Source of the DNA: Styela clava
Taxonomy: Eukaryota
Direction of reading: 5' to 3'
Length of the DNA stretch: 64,000 nucleotides
Assembly: GCF_964204865.1 (NCBI RefSeq)
Contig: NC_135255.1
Coordinates: 11,904,001-11,968,000 of the forward strand
Positions 13,578 to 27,100 of the stretch are shown here, piece by piece. Each line of letters begins with the position of its first letter. Positions within the stretch are counted from its first letter, which is position 1. The notes below the pieces were generated by a model. The model was not told the origin of the DNA and made no database searches. It was given only the letters and a program-made list of their open reading frames with translations. The translations under genes were made by a program, and so were the position numbers.

Positions 13578-13917
13578 TAGAGCTTTGAAGTCGTGGAAAA
13601 TTCACCATAGACTACCCGACACCAGATTGAGAAAATGTTAGACTCGACTCCCGGATGTAAAAAAATTAGACTCCAAGAAAATCAAATTTCGTTATGAAAA
13701 ACTGTGGCGCAGGCAAACCCCTCATTTATAGGCTGATAAAAGAGATTAGTAAACGTAATGCTTTTTTAGTTTTTGTGAAAAATTGCAACTTCTTTTATCG
13801 CAATTAAAAGTCTGATACCCCGACTCTGAAGTCAGAATTTCGACTCCAACTCCGGAATGTTAAAAAAATACGACTCCGAAATACATGCCAAACACGAACT
13901 CTCATTCCACAGCCCTG
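13578..13917. mobile_element. hAT-type MITE with CGACTCC subterminal repeats
   Basis: Degenerate TIRs (tagagctttgaa / ttccacagccctg); 8-bp TSD acttaact/acttgact; many (c)gactcc motifs. Confidence 0.6.
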
Positions 13918-16164
13918 ACTTGACTACAAATATAAGTCAATGAAAAAGAAGGTTTATATTCCATTGGTTTGGTATTCTATAATTTTATCTGCAACTAAAT
14001 TGCGTTTTCAAATTTTACAAGTGATTCAGGAATATTTCACTTCAGTCTCATGACAGCGTTTTTGCATTATATGCATATGGATTCACCAGCATAAATACAT
14101 AGATGAAGCAAAGTGCCTCAGGAACTCATCAAACATATAAATCTTACCTATAGGGTCAATTTCGAATCTCATTTAAACTACGTAACTTTATAAGAGGAAT
14201 CCTTGTTCAATCAATGGATGACAAATTTAGAAAATTCATAATGCATCAGGTCGAATCAACCTCCATGGGGGTCGAGTGTTGGAATTGCATTGGAGGGTGA
14301 TAAAGTAGATCAAAACTTGGAACCATAACGCAAACAGCTTTAATTTTACTAAGGGTCCTAAGCAGTCTTAGAGACAGGAGTCGATTGTGACTTTTCTGCG
14401 AGAGGATTACGTATAAAAATTTATGCTAAGATTAACAAGTTTATTCCATCGTTGAATTAAATGACACTTTAAGCTTTTCAAACAACTGAAAATAAGGAGA
14501 TAAAATAGACACTGATGGAACGAGGTGTCATGTTGTCAAAATAAGTCGTATTCTGTAATTTATCGCTAAACTGCTTCCAAAACCAAGTCCCGTGAAGTTT
14601 GTTGTTTTAAATCAACATTGCACGAAGAGAATTTTGGCCTGACCAAACATTTCGAAAAATCGGTATTATGGCAAAAGACTAACATCTGTATCAAGTTATA
14701 ACCTAATCGCATACATGATTTATACTGGTTTATGTTGATTTTTAGCATTGTGGATGGATGGTACATGTTTGTTAAGCATGCTTTTTCTGACGTACATTGA
14801 GTACATCAGCAATTATTTTAATAGTTTCACAAAACATCGACTTTGTTTCATGTGGAATAATTTTGGGAACACCAGTATTCTACTCTTGCATCGCTACGGA
14901 TAAGACTCAACAATCTATACATACAACCGATTATACGTAATGATATGCTACGTTTGTAAACATTAAAATATGGAATACTATAACTAAAATTTGCCAACTA
15001 TTGCCGAAGGTTATTTATATAAGTGTTTAGTCACAATGACATATTAACTCAGCAAATGAAGACAGTTTAAAAGTGAGGGACAGTGCGACACTCGAGAGGT
15101 ATGTAAAAGAAACATGATGCGTAAATATTGTTTTTGAAAAAAAGGCTTTTACAAATGCGGAAAAGTATCCTTCTCCGTGTGTCTGCTAGAACCAAGAATA
15201 CATAAACAAAAAGCGACTTGGTTTAATAAGAATGTGCAGGTTAACTGTGGTTAGCATTTCTCAAAATTAAATATTGTATAACCGTGCCTCTTTAATCCGG
15301 GCATGGCTCATAAAAACACGTTCCGGAAAGTTGATTGCAATTGATAAAAACGCCACATTAATCTACCTTATTGTTGGACTTGACAGGTCCCATCTGCGAG
15401 CTTCAAATTCGGTTGCGGGCCAATGGATGTCACAAGCTACGACTCACATTGGTTGAGTGGGCCTCTATACTTGTTTGCTAATAGAACGTGCCAATTCATC
15501 GTCACGCTAAAATTGCTTGTGAAAAAATAATATGGATACTTTCAAGCGCCAACAAAAACAGGAGCTAAACATGTACGAAGTGTATACAAAGCATGCCCGC
15601 CAAAGAAGTTTCAAACTTGTTTTAGCTTGATTACGGAAATTATTTTTTGACAATCTGGAAGGTATAATATATTGTATCAATATTGGTGTTGTCTAAATAG
15701 AATAACATATAATGTAACGGAAATGCGACTTTAGAATCTCGGATACCGAAAACATATAAAAATACATGTGTGTGGAAATAATACTCCAACACTTACAGCA
15801 AACAATTTATAAATTTCGCCTGAATTCGCCTATAAACCCTGATATTATAATACAGTATTAAAAACATATTTGTGCAGTTTAGTCCGGTCGCGATAACATT
15901 GTTTTGATCATTGCTCAAGTTTAGACGAGTGAAAAATCTCACCAAAAAGAATACTCTCAAGACTACTTTTTGACGAAAAGATCGTTGCGCCTTTTTATTT
16001 TCACTCACAAGCATTGTGACGTAATATTGACACCGAACCAGAAAAACACATGATAATTATGGATGTATATATCACCACAAATGGTATTAGCAAATCCATA
16101 AACAAAATGGCGATTAGAAAGAAAACTAAATGAAGGACCAACGACAAGAAAAGTTACATGCTCA

Positions 16165-16246
16165 GGAAATATCGACAACGGAAGTGCATACGATTGGCAA
16201 ATATATCGCAATCACTCCAAAAATTGTGGAGAATGAATAATATTGG
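16165..16246 (+). pseudogene. Possible decayed RTE-clade LINE reverse-transcriptase C-terminal fragment
   Basis: Frameshifted peptides GNIDN/EVHTIGK/SQSLQKLWRMNNI resemble the RTE IDxEVxxRIxKA...L.KLW motif; short and degenerate. Confidence 0.25.
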
Positions 16247-19200
16247 ATCAATGTATAATTGCACTCTTGGGCCAGATAAAACACCTGCAAGGGAGAAAAA
16301 TTCACAAGTTCTAGTAAAAGAGAGCTTTTCCGTTTGCTAAACATCATCGCACCTATTCATGAGCTCTTCAGAATAGACTTTTGAAATTAATAATCATGCA
16401 GTGCAGCGTTGTAGCGTGTACTCGTGTGGCGTGTATTCGTTGCTATTTTACTTCGGAAATTGAAATGGTGACGTTACAAACAATTATTACTGGAGTTAAA
16501 ACATGAATAGAGATCTAAAACAACACCAAAAGTCATCTCAAAAACAAAGTTTCCCACTTTTATCTCAGACGAAAATCGTGTTACTGTTTTATTGCTGCAA
16601 TTTTCGCCTCCCGGTACATTCGTATATAAGATGCATATCAAAACGATATAATTACCAAGGTTCGAATTTTCGTACAGAAAGAAGTTTATTTCGAAAAAAT
16701 AATAGACGAAAATAAACATCAAATACCTAATATATGATCACCATATGATCATCATATGATTTGACAAATGCACATGCGACAATCGGTCAACGTGCATCGG
16801 CGAAAAGGCACCAAATTGATATTTATTTGTGAAAAGGAACAATACCGTATATATATATATATATATGTATCTTTTGAATTTGAAACGTTAAAAATTGGTT
16901 ATTTTGCGTCACACCGATTACGAACGAAATATATTGGATGCACTTTGCAGTTAGCTATTCCTAAAAACCTGTAGAGTAATATTCACGAGAGAGAGAATAA
17001 TTATAAATCTAACGTAGTCGAAAATTATTTCAATGTTTATTCCCAAAAACAGATAAAAAAGGGGTTTCGTATATGAATATGATATTAAAATAGATAAAAC
17101 TACAACGAAAAACGATAAGGAGATGACCTTACATTGGAACTTTGTGATACTATTTTTGTGACATGAATTAATGGTGTTTTCCTAGTGTCAAAAGATAACA
17201 ATCCTATTCAGAGTATTCTAACTCAATGGCAATACCTATACCAAATGAGAACGTAATTTGTACGTTATCACACGGGCAATACAAGTACGTGACTTTTGAC
17301 CAAATTCTGCAGAAGAATAAATACAATTTTTAATATTATCATGTCAGGTACTTGACATCGAATGATAACATGCTAGATAAAATGAATAGTTGATTGTGTT
17401 TGGCATGAAGCATGGCGCTTCATATTTGAAGGTTATAAACTGGTATCGTCAACTTAGGGGTTCACCATAAGTCAACCAGAAAATATATTAAACACACCGT
17501 CAAGTATAAGATTTTATCAGCAATATAAATATGAATTTCATAATATATTTGAGTTATGCCTTGGTAGACCAGAGTGAACTAATGATTGGGTCATATTCTA
17601 CGCAAAATGTTATAGGCAAAATGAGATTCTGTTATGAAAGGTTATCAATGATATGTTATAAGTCTGATAATAACATTCGGTAAAATGAGACATTTCCAAC
17701 ACTATATTTCTGAAATTTTTCGATTACGCCTTTGCCAATCTTGGACACGCTGCAAAATCACATTTTGTTATCGAGCGTCTTAAAAAAGCTTTGATTGAAA
17801 ACTTCAGTAGCAATGAACATCGTCCGAAAAGCAACCTTCATTTGTGAGACGACAGATGCAGCGTTGCCTCTTCTTCGGTGTCATCCGTCACCGGCAGGTG
17901 GATCTATTTTCAACGCAGTAAAGTTGACAAATTTGCCATGCCATGATAGAATAGTGTAATTGCTGAAATCGTAATCATCGTAACATCCCTAATTGGCAGC
18001 CGCTCTATGTTGGTTGTAATCAGCGAACAGGCCTTATCGAGGATATATTTTCGTTCTCTCTTTATCTGTAGAATTCGAGCATAATTGTCGCTGATTTATC
18101 TTTGAGTTGAAACGTTGTTTGGATTCTTCTTGAGACTGGGTGCAGACATTGAATTGAAACGTGTAAAAAGAACAAACAAAGTCCGAGTGCACCCTACTAT
18201 CGTGTTTTGTAATGGTGACTTAACCAAGTATTTGCTCATAAATTTAGTCAGCCTAGCTGAAAAATAAGTTTGCTTTTGTTTACATTACGTCCGATCAAGC
18301 AATAAAAAGTAGCACGACGATGTTTAACATTCTAAAACGGTATGGGAATGTGATACCTTCATTACGACGATGTTATGCGAATACTAAAGATTAATTTCGA
18401 AATTTATTACTCAAAACCATTGACTTAGAGAAACATAATTTGATCAAATTTTACTGTGATAAGGCGGAAGCACATGGCGTTGTTCTGAACTACATAACAA
18501 CATTCATTTTCCGAGTATTTGACGCACATTTCATGCCAAAAACTTCTCGTAACCACTAAATACCGGAGCATAGTGTCATTGTGAATGGTTGAAAGAAAGT
18601 TTCATGTAATGATCAAAACATTGGCACAAAGGTCATGTAGAAATGCCATAAGCGACAGTTGAAAAGAATTGAAATGCCAGAAATAATGAAATTTCAAACT
18701 ATAATTTTTTGAAAATAAAATCATTTTCGGTTTATATTTGTACCGCATAAAGGTATAATTAATTCTCATCCTCATAAGCATAATTAAGTACATAAGATAC
18801 ACATTAATCTTTGATATTATAAACCATAACTCAACTATATAGTACACGTCAATTTAATAATGACAAAATAATATTTTCTACAAATCACGATATTAAAAAT
18901 CGTTCAGACATAATTACTAATTTAATATCCTTGTAGTTGGGATGACTAAAAACTAAATGATATTTGAATACGCAATGATATTTGAATCAAAGATGTCTGT
19001 TTCACCCACAAAAACTCTTCACAGGAAAGAGTCACAATGGCCGCGAGGGAGATTGGTAAAAAATGTCGTACGATGGAGGCGGCTAAAAATAAAACTATGC
19101 GTAGAAAGAACAATCTCTATTCAGAAGCGAGAGAAGAAGTGTATCTCACACTGTTAGAGTTGTTTTTACAACACGAGGCAGGTATAAAATCGGCCATTTT

Positions 19201-20325
19201 TTATTTGATTCAAAGTTTATCAACGAGTTTGTAAATGTAGGAGGATTTGGTTTTGTCATTTTGGTAGACAAATATATTAGCTGTGTCTAAGATAAATTGA
19301 ACAAATTACAAATGTCGTTTAAACTTCGTAAAATGATCGGTAAGTATTCTTTCAATTCGTTAGTCATGTCAAGGGTCACTTGAATGGCTAATCACAGCAG
19401 TTCATTAAAATCACCTTCAAGTTGAAATTTTAGCTTGAGAAATGATATGGTCGTTAATCTTGTTAGAATGCGCGTCCATGACCATGACACAGGGAAAAAA
19501 TTCAAGCAATCTCAAAAACACGTTACGACAATTTTATATGAAAACTACACCTTAAGAGTTGTAAGACAAAGGGCCGTACTTAATTTCAAATCACATAAAA
19601 AAATGGGAATTCATAATTCAATACACGTAACATAAAAACGGATGATCAACCAACAAGAAAATGATTAGAAGACAGACAGCGTCATTAGGTATGAACTCAG
19701 TCGTGCTTAGACGTGATATCATTTACATATATGAGTTTATTTTAGAATTAATTTTTTGTCTATTCCACGCTGTTAAGTTTTCATTTGAAAAGTATTCATA
19801 TTAAAACATATATAAATTTAGAAGTAATACTAGCATTCTTCCTTTCCTGTGAATAATCGTATTTAAAATTCATGAAAAGTCTCTGTTTACACGATCCAAG
19901 GTAATTCCTTAGATATGTATATTTCTACTGAATGTAGGCTGAAAGTGAGACACAAACATACCCAAGATGTACAGACTGAGTTAGTTTCCCTGACATTTTA
20001 TTTTGACGTATTGATAAGGCAGATTAAGTTAGTTGTAATATCTTTTGGCATTGACACAATTAGTCAATTCAAATTATTGTGAAATTGAACGCGGGTATAA
20101 ATATATTTTACATCATCAATAGAACAAAGTGGTTAAATTGCTCTGACCTAACTAAAAACTATTTTTATACCTGTGATTCGAAAGCATTTGCCGGGAAATC
20201 TAACTATTTTGTTGTTACTTTAAGGATTAGGATGCAAAACTGTTTTGCTTGAGGACCATAATTGAAGATAATTGGGTCCTATTATAATTTCAAAATTTTA
20301 TTAGGGAGTCATTTTTCTATACATA

Positions 20326-20620
20326 ACCAGGTTTGTTTTATTTTAATCAGTGTTTATTTTAAGTTTTTTTCCTCATTTAATACACTGTTATATGCCCACC
20401 ATGAGTTGCACGAAGCCCATCAAATTTCTTATCTAATTTAATACAGGTTTTTATGATTATGAAGTCAGTTCTCAATATACAATCAGGTTTGTTTTATTTC
20501 AACCAATTTATTTTAAATTTTCTTACTTCACTTAATATACTTTTATACGCCACCAATTGTTGCACGAATCACATCAAATCTTTTATCTAATGTAATGAAG
20601 GTCTTTATGAGCACCCTGCA
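20326..20620 (-). mobile_element. Tandem pair of Tc1/mariner-type MITE pieces
   Basis: Two diverged ~130-bp direct repeats ending in tttatgagcaccctg; reverse complement matches 40363-40528 and 42483-42673 (shared actgacttcataa). Confidence 0.65.
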
Positions 20621-21388
20621 TATTTCATTCCATACGTTTCACATCGATTAAATGCGTATGGGCTGTGCTTGGTTATATGCAACACCTGGTAAGAAAATGG
20701 CTAATGGTCCATTCAATACAACAACAAAATTCTCGAGAGGGGATAACGATCGAATCAACTGCAGTATCAAATCCACTCAAAAAAGGATGTACAAAGAAAA
20801 CAAGAGCTAAAATTAGCGTGTGTCATTTCACATCATAAAATGTACAACTAGTGCTAGTGCGGGTATCGAAGTAGGATTATATCCTGAAGCACCATACATA
20901 CAGGATAATCTGATTAGGAAATATGACAAAATCTACAATAATCAACACATAACACACGGTATTTTGGATTATGGTTAAGACAACTAAGATTTCGTTTTTA
21001 CAGCACGGGACACACAGCCGCAACACGTCTATCACCAGGTAATCCCCTCAATACTAATTCAGTGAGATTCTAATCTTTGCAACATCATCATTCAATTGGT
21101 GGAAAAACAGCTAACGTGTATTTTATAAGGTGTTACACAACTACAAACACTCCAAAGAGTAAATGAGGAGAAATTTACAAAACGAAAATTGATAAAGCGA
21201 TGACTATTGATCGACACCTCAACGTAAGACAAATCTTACAAAGGAGTAAACTAAGCTGTATAAAAACCAGTGGCATTAATAGTTAATGAACAAGCTTCAT
21301 ATAAGAGTTGCTTTGAAACTTTGCAAAAGTAAATGTTTTAAGGGGGCGCTGATTAGCAAAAGCTATTAAAAATACCATGAAAAATTCG

Positions 21389-21648
21389 GCAGGTTCGAAT
21401 ATCATGGGTGAAAATTATGTGCGAGATGATTGCTGGACTCCTCGCCGTCGTAGAATCGGTGGGTGGTTCATGTAACCTCTGGTCGATACGGCTTCCTCCA
21501 TCATCAAGTCCATGCATCTGACACAAATATTTGGCTAACAAACCCCATATTCAACATGGACTCGTAACCGGACGAGAGGCCGTGGTCCGCCATGGGATTA
21601 AGCCGTATTGTCGGCTTTCCTCTCTCCAGGATAAATATGTAATTTCTA
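21389..21648 (+). mobile_element. tRNA-derived SINE, 5'-truncated copy
   Basis: Colinear with 55106-55433: gcaggttcgaat, gattgctggactc, ggcttcctcca, gagaggccgtgg, ataaatatgtaa. Confidence 0.85.
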
Positions 21649-23509
21649 AATAAATCTAGAATACTAAAGTGGAGAAAAATTCTCAAATCTGAAGGATAAT
21701 TGTGCCGAAATCCAGAAGTGACAAAATACCCTTCTAAAATCAAAGTCCAAATGTTAAATACAGATTAAATCTTTAAATATCGGAATGCCACAGCCGGATT
21801 TGCAAGTTGTTGATACCAGCTTTAACAAGAATTCTCGATAGAAACAAAGTGAGATAACCAGAAGTAACAGTCACTCATAGGATAAAAGAGTAAATTATCT
21901 GGCGTTAAAATGCATTATCTGAAGTTGAATATTATACCAAGGGATTAATATTTTGTAGCAAATTTCACTCTTGGTAAATTGTTTTGACATTGACGCTAAA
22001 AATACTGGCATATCATTAAAATGAGTTTGCACCAGACCTATTTTGTATTAGTTGTAGACATTGTAAATGATGCAAAACGGCTATACAAATAAACCTAGTG
22101 GAATTGAGAAAAGAAATTTAAGTCGCCAAAACACAATACTGCTTGTCAAGTTTTCTTATTTGCGTGGGAACTGGGGTGCAAGATTGATGACAAGGTGAAG
22201 TTCCTCATTTGAAGGTCAATTGCTCTGAATTCGACACATGGCTGTAATTCTAAGCTACTGGTAAAATGCCAGTCGGTTGAAGGATAAAAGTCATTCTAAA
22301 GCATGACTGATTACTTATTTAATTGAGTCTATGCTAAACATGTGTACATACATATGAAAGGTTTGGTATTCTAAAAGTATGTCTTGTAAGTTGTATCCTA
22401 CATCTAAATCTTGATATATACGCCATAGATATATAGCTGACAATTGGCGTAGTCATAGTCAGTCAAGTTTATAATACCAGTCATCAAAAACATAGCATGC
22501 AAAATTTAAAATAGTAAAACTAAACACTCATTTCACTGGGGTAAAGACGCCGCGGAAAAACAGAGAAATTTAAAGAGAATATCGCATTTCAATACTGGAG
22601 TTTTACAAAAATGGTATTTTTCGGGTAATTGGTAAAAATAGATCTTTCGAACATATGTAGCACTTCCTTAATTGTGCGTTTCAACATAGTCTGAATATCC
22701 CTAGACGTTACCGAAAATTTGATTATTTTAAGGCTTTCCAGTCATCATAGTCTTGATAGACTCACAAATGTCTTCTGGTATCAAATCATAAAGAATGTTC
22801 TTACAATTATTAATTTTGCAAATTGCAGACGCCATAAATATTTCAATAAATTAGCGGTAACATCTTAGTAAGCTTCTTGACACCAGCTCTGACTATAAAG
22901 CCACATAAAACAAACATTCGGTCGATGTGGATGAGAAGTGTAAAACTATATACTTTTTTATGATATTTGAAGCGAATAGCCTTCAATAATTTAACAAAAT
23001 GAATGCTTGAATATACAAGGAATATACAAGGACCCGATTCGATTTTTAAAAAAAGGAAAGCAACGAAATTTTAAAAATAAAATGAATTTAATTATTTGAG
23101 ATATGTCATATTTCTAATGTTTTGATAGTTGTATTTCTAATCATGTGGACTTGAATTGCTTTCGTTGTCGCGTCGATCATAGTGCACCAACATTAAATTA
23201 AAACGCTTTATCAGTTCTTGGAAATTCATTGGTCGCCGATAACTTTTCTCAGATATGAGACATCTGTAGGCACACCTGGTTGCGCGTGAACTTATCTTAA
23301 AATATAACTTTAGACCTTAACTTATGCACATACATGTACGATCAACACCCAAAGGACGCAACGAATAAAGTTTTTAATTTTATTTCGGCCACACTATCTC
23401 TAGGTTTGCAATGGTGAAACCAAAAACTAAAACCAAATACACAACACGGCAAATGCGTTATTAAGGTGTATGTAACTGTTACTCTTTCTTGGAGAAGACA
23501 CTAATATAT

Positions 23510-24105
23510 CGCCGGATGAGAACAGAACAGGCCTAAGTCACAATTTTGAGTTTTGAGAAAAACGCAAAAAACAATTTGGAATTTTTTTATTTTTGAATTT
23601 TTTAGTTTTTCACACTTAGTAAAGACCTGAGCTCTGGTTATTTTAATGTGCATGTGGATATCTTTGTAATCAATATTTTTTGGCACTTCAGCTCCAATTC
23701 CTTCCTGCTTTTTTAACCCCATAATGGACTTTGGCCCATTCTGTTCTCAACAACTTCTGAAATTTTTTGTATGGGATGCAAGGTAAAACAAGGTGACTTA
23801 GGCCTTAGTTGCACTGAAGAAATTTTTAGGGATGTAAGTTTCGGACATTTCATTTCATGCTCATGCCCATCATATTGGAACTTGGGACTATCTTTTTTCA
23901 GTATTTTGGGGTTTTGAGCCAAAATTCCAGCTGGACTTAGGCCCATTCTGTTCTTAACTTCTACAGTCCAGCTAAAAGTTTTATTATTGAGAAATTCAGG
24001 ATTTCAAGACCACCACCTTGTAGAGCATGGCTCAAACCCCCAAAATATTGAAAAAAGTGAATTTTGCAAAAATGTGATTTAGGCCCCTTCGGTTCTCATC
24101 CGGCG
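23510..24105. mobile_element. Non-autonomous DNA transposon with CGCCGGATGAGAAC TIRs and ATAT flanks (Sola1-like, tentative)
   Basis: Perfect 14-bp TIR with imperfect extension; ATAT on both sides; internal copies of the TIR motif gacttaggcc. Confidence 0.85.
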
Positions 24106-27100
24106 ATATATCGTATAACGGCAAATATGAGATTCTTCGGCTATCCTATAATCGTCTGTCCCATGTACAATATATGCACCACGTTTATATAAATCGTCTC
24201 ATTCGACCACGCAAACTATGTAAAGAAGTTAATGTATGTAAAGAAGTGTTAAATTATTCAATACAAAACGATATTTCGATGATATCGAAACATGACTACA
24301 ATGTACATACAGAAAAGCAATGATGAAAGTGTACAAATTCACGGAGCGGCTTTCCGATTTGGTAGTTGCATAATATAATTCCCTCTGGATATCAACCACC
24401 TAATACGGAAAGACGACCTTGAATTGAACAAATATTTCCCATTCCGGAAATTCAAAACCAAATATACCGTACTAGTTTATCATACATGTTCGACATCTCG
24501 TTTCCTAAATTTGTAAGCGATGGGAATGCAACATATCGATCCAACAGGAAATTGGATAATTTACAATCTTTACATTATATATAAACTATTCCAGCAATGT
24601 TAACACGTAAATGTCGATCCCCAAATTTTATTTGCCAACCCTGTTGTAATTGACACGATACACTTAGGAAACGCCAATGTGATGTGAGCGAATTACATTT
24701 TTAAAAACGCGCCGAGAATCTAGAACATGTTATTATTACAAGTGTGTGCATAATGCACATGGTACACCTTGTCATACAAATAGCAAAAAAAATGAGAATA
24801 TATGTTATGGACATGTAAAGAATATAATTTCCATTGAAAATTCCAATTAAATCTTATGAGAAAATAGTCGATGTTTTTTTTCAAAACCATATATTTTATT
24901 AGTGAGTCTAGTGACATGATTTATTTTAAATTTTATGATGCTAAATTCGGCATACGTCCGAAAATATGGCTAATTTGATTATTTCAAATCGAAATGATTT
25001 CGGCATAATTCTATAATTGAAGTTGCGCCAGTTGAAGTCTGGTATTCTGACATTACGCTGGAAAACATATCAAGAAATATAATTCTATCGGGCGATATAT
25101 GACTATTATTGGACGCTCTCTCCTTAAAAGCTTTTTGATGATATGTAATCGTCTACGGCGTAATAACACATAAAAACGACCTATTTGGAAAATCATCAGA
25201 AATTAGGCACCAAAATCACTACTAGCCTAACCAGCGATTCGAATAGACATTTCATTAGATTTTACTGCCGCGATGAACATTGTAATTGCCGGAATCATCT
25301 GTTTGAATTAGACAGATTAAACTTTAATAAATAAAGTTTGCATACGATCGTCCAATTCGCTCACGTATTTCGTCTAGACGAGGTAAACACGCAAAGGAGG
25401 ACGGGAGACGGATTCACTTTCGTAGCAATGACATCGACTGCATGACCTAGCGATCGCACTCGACTATTACAACAAGCTAATATAACCTCAACTCATGAGT
25501 CTATGAGTCAATTTTGGGTTAGAAGTTATATAAATTCAGACACTGCCCATTGGTTCTGATTATGTTTATTTTAATACTATGCATGACCTTTCCCAGGATG
25601 TGATAAATTGGGCAGACAATACCGAAGTGGAAAGATTCCTGTGCCTCCAAATATAATAGTATCTCTATATATATTGTTTGATATCAGTTGCTGCTTGTAT
25701 TAACCTTGTTCCGAGCGAAAGTCTTGATCAAGTAGACGGTATGGAATGTTAGTGACGAAAATCTTAATTTTGTCACATCATACGGAACGATATTTTCGAA
25801 AATTTCTTCAAGCGACGTAAGATTGCATGCGGATTCAGCATATCAATGATTACGTTTGCAATAAAACGGCAATGCTTATTAACATGACGCAAAGTAGCGC
25901 ATAAACTCGTCAAATAAAAAGAACAACTTCCGATGTATTTCGTGACCTTGGCTATCAAATCGTCTAGAAGTCTTGTTTTACTATGACGATCGTTGGTGCG
26001 TGTCAACTCGCTTCAAAATCACGCGTCGTAAGTAAAATGGCGGGCATTGGGCGTACACGCCCACAAGAGCGAAATAAACACGTCACACATTTAACAGCGA
26101 AATGTGAAATTTTGAATGTCAAATCGAAAATGAACGAAAAAATGTAACCGAAGATCGACACAGGAAATTTAATATCAAGTACTTTAGAAAATGATGGAAA
26201 TATAACTAACCATGAAATCTTACAAACTACCTCCCAGTTTTTAGGAATATAATTGATTCGTCTCATTATTTTAGCATAAACATAAGAGTAAAGGATAGAT
26301 GATATGAGACAACAATTTTCATGAAGGTCAGATCTCAATTAACAAAAAGATATGTTGTGTTAATTGCACAAAAGCAAATATACAATATTATAACAAATTT
26401 GACAACCGCAATTCGCTAGGAATACGTTTTGAATAAACTTAAATGGACCAGTCAATAGCGCATAGTCAATGGACAATGTAAGTACCAACTTGACGTGAAA
26501 AAATACCCATGTTTATTTCGTTGAAAATTGAGCATTACATGAAATTATAACTTGAATTGCATCCAAATTCCCAGAAATTCGAAACCACTTTATATCAATG
26601 GCGAAGTTGCCTCTTGTGAATCAGGTCAAATATTACATATAGTTAAAAAGAAGATCAAATCGAATATTCAAAATAAAACTTATGAGTGTAGAGTAATTTT
26701 TAGCGCGCTAAAACATATTGCACGTTGGCATCCTTAAGATATATTCAAATGACACTCAAATTTGAGTGTCAAATAACACACATTGTTCTACTAATTTATA
26801 CGCTAGCATTTCTACGAACAAAACTGAAATTTGACTACCAAATGATGGTTCAGACAAATAATCGAAGAGGACAATTCTCTTGAGACATTTGGGTCGGCAG
26901 AAAATTTGAGTTCAAAGCATTCACGGAAGGAGAGGAAAACGATACGTATGCAATCTATACCACGGCATTTTACGCAGACGTCTAGCGATGGGAAGATGAC
27001 ATTTCAATGAATTCCCAGGACATATGAAACGAAGATGATTTAAAATTGCACAGCAGTATATTTTAAAACACTCGACGCTTATAATTTGCCATAATTTCGA

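Noticed and set aside
17910-18150. Minus-strand protein-like frame MSAPSLKK...*ISDNYARILQIKRERKYILDK
   Set aside because: Internal stop and no family I can name with support
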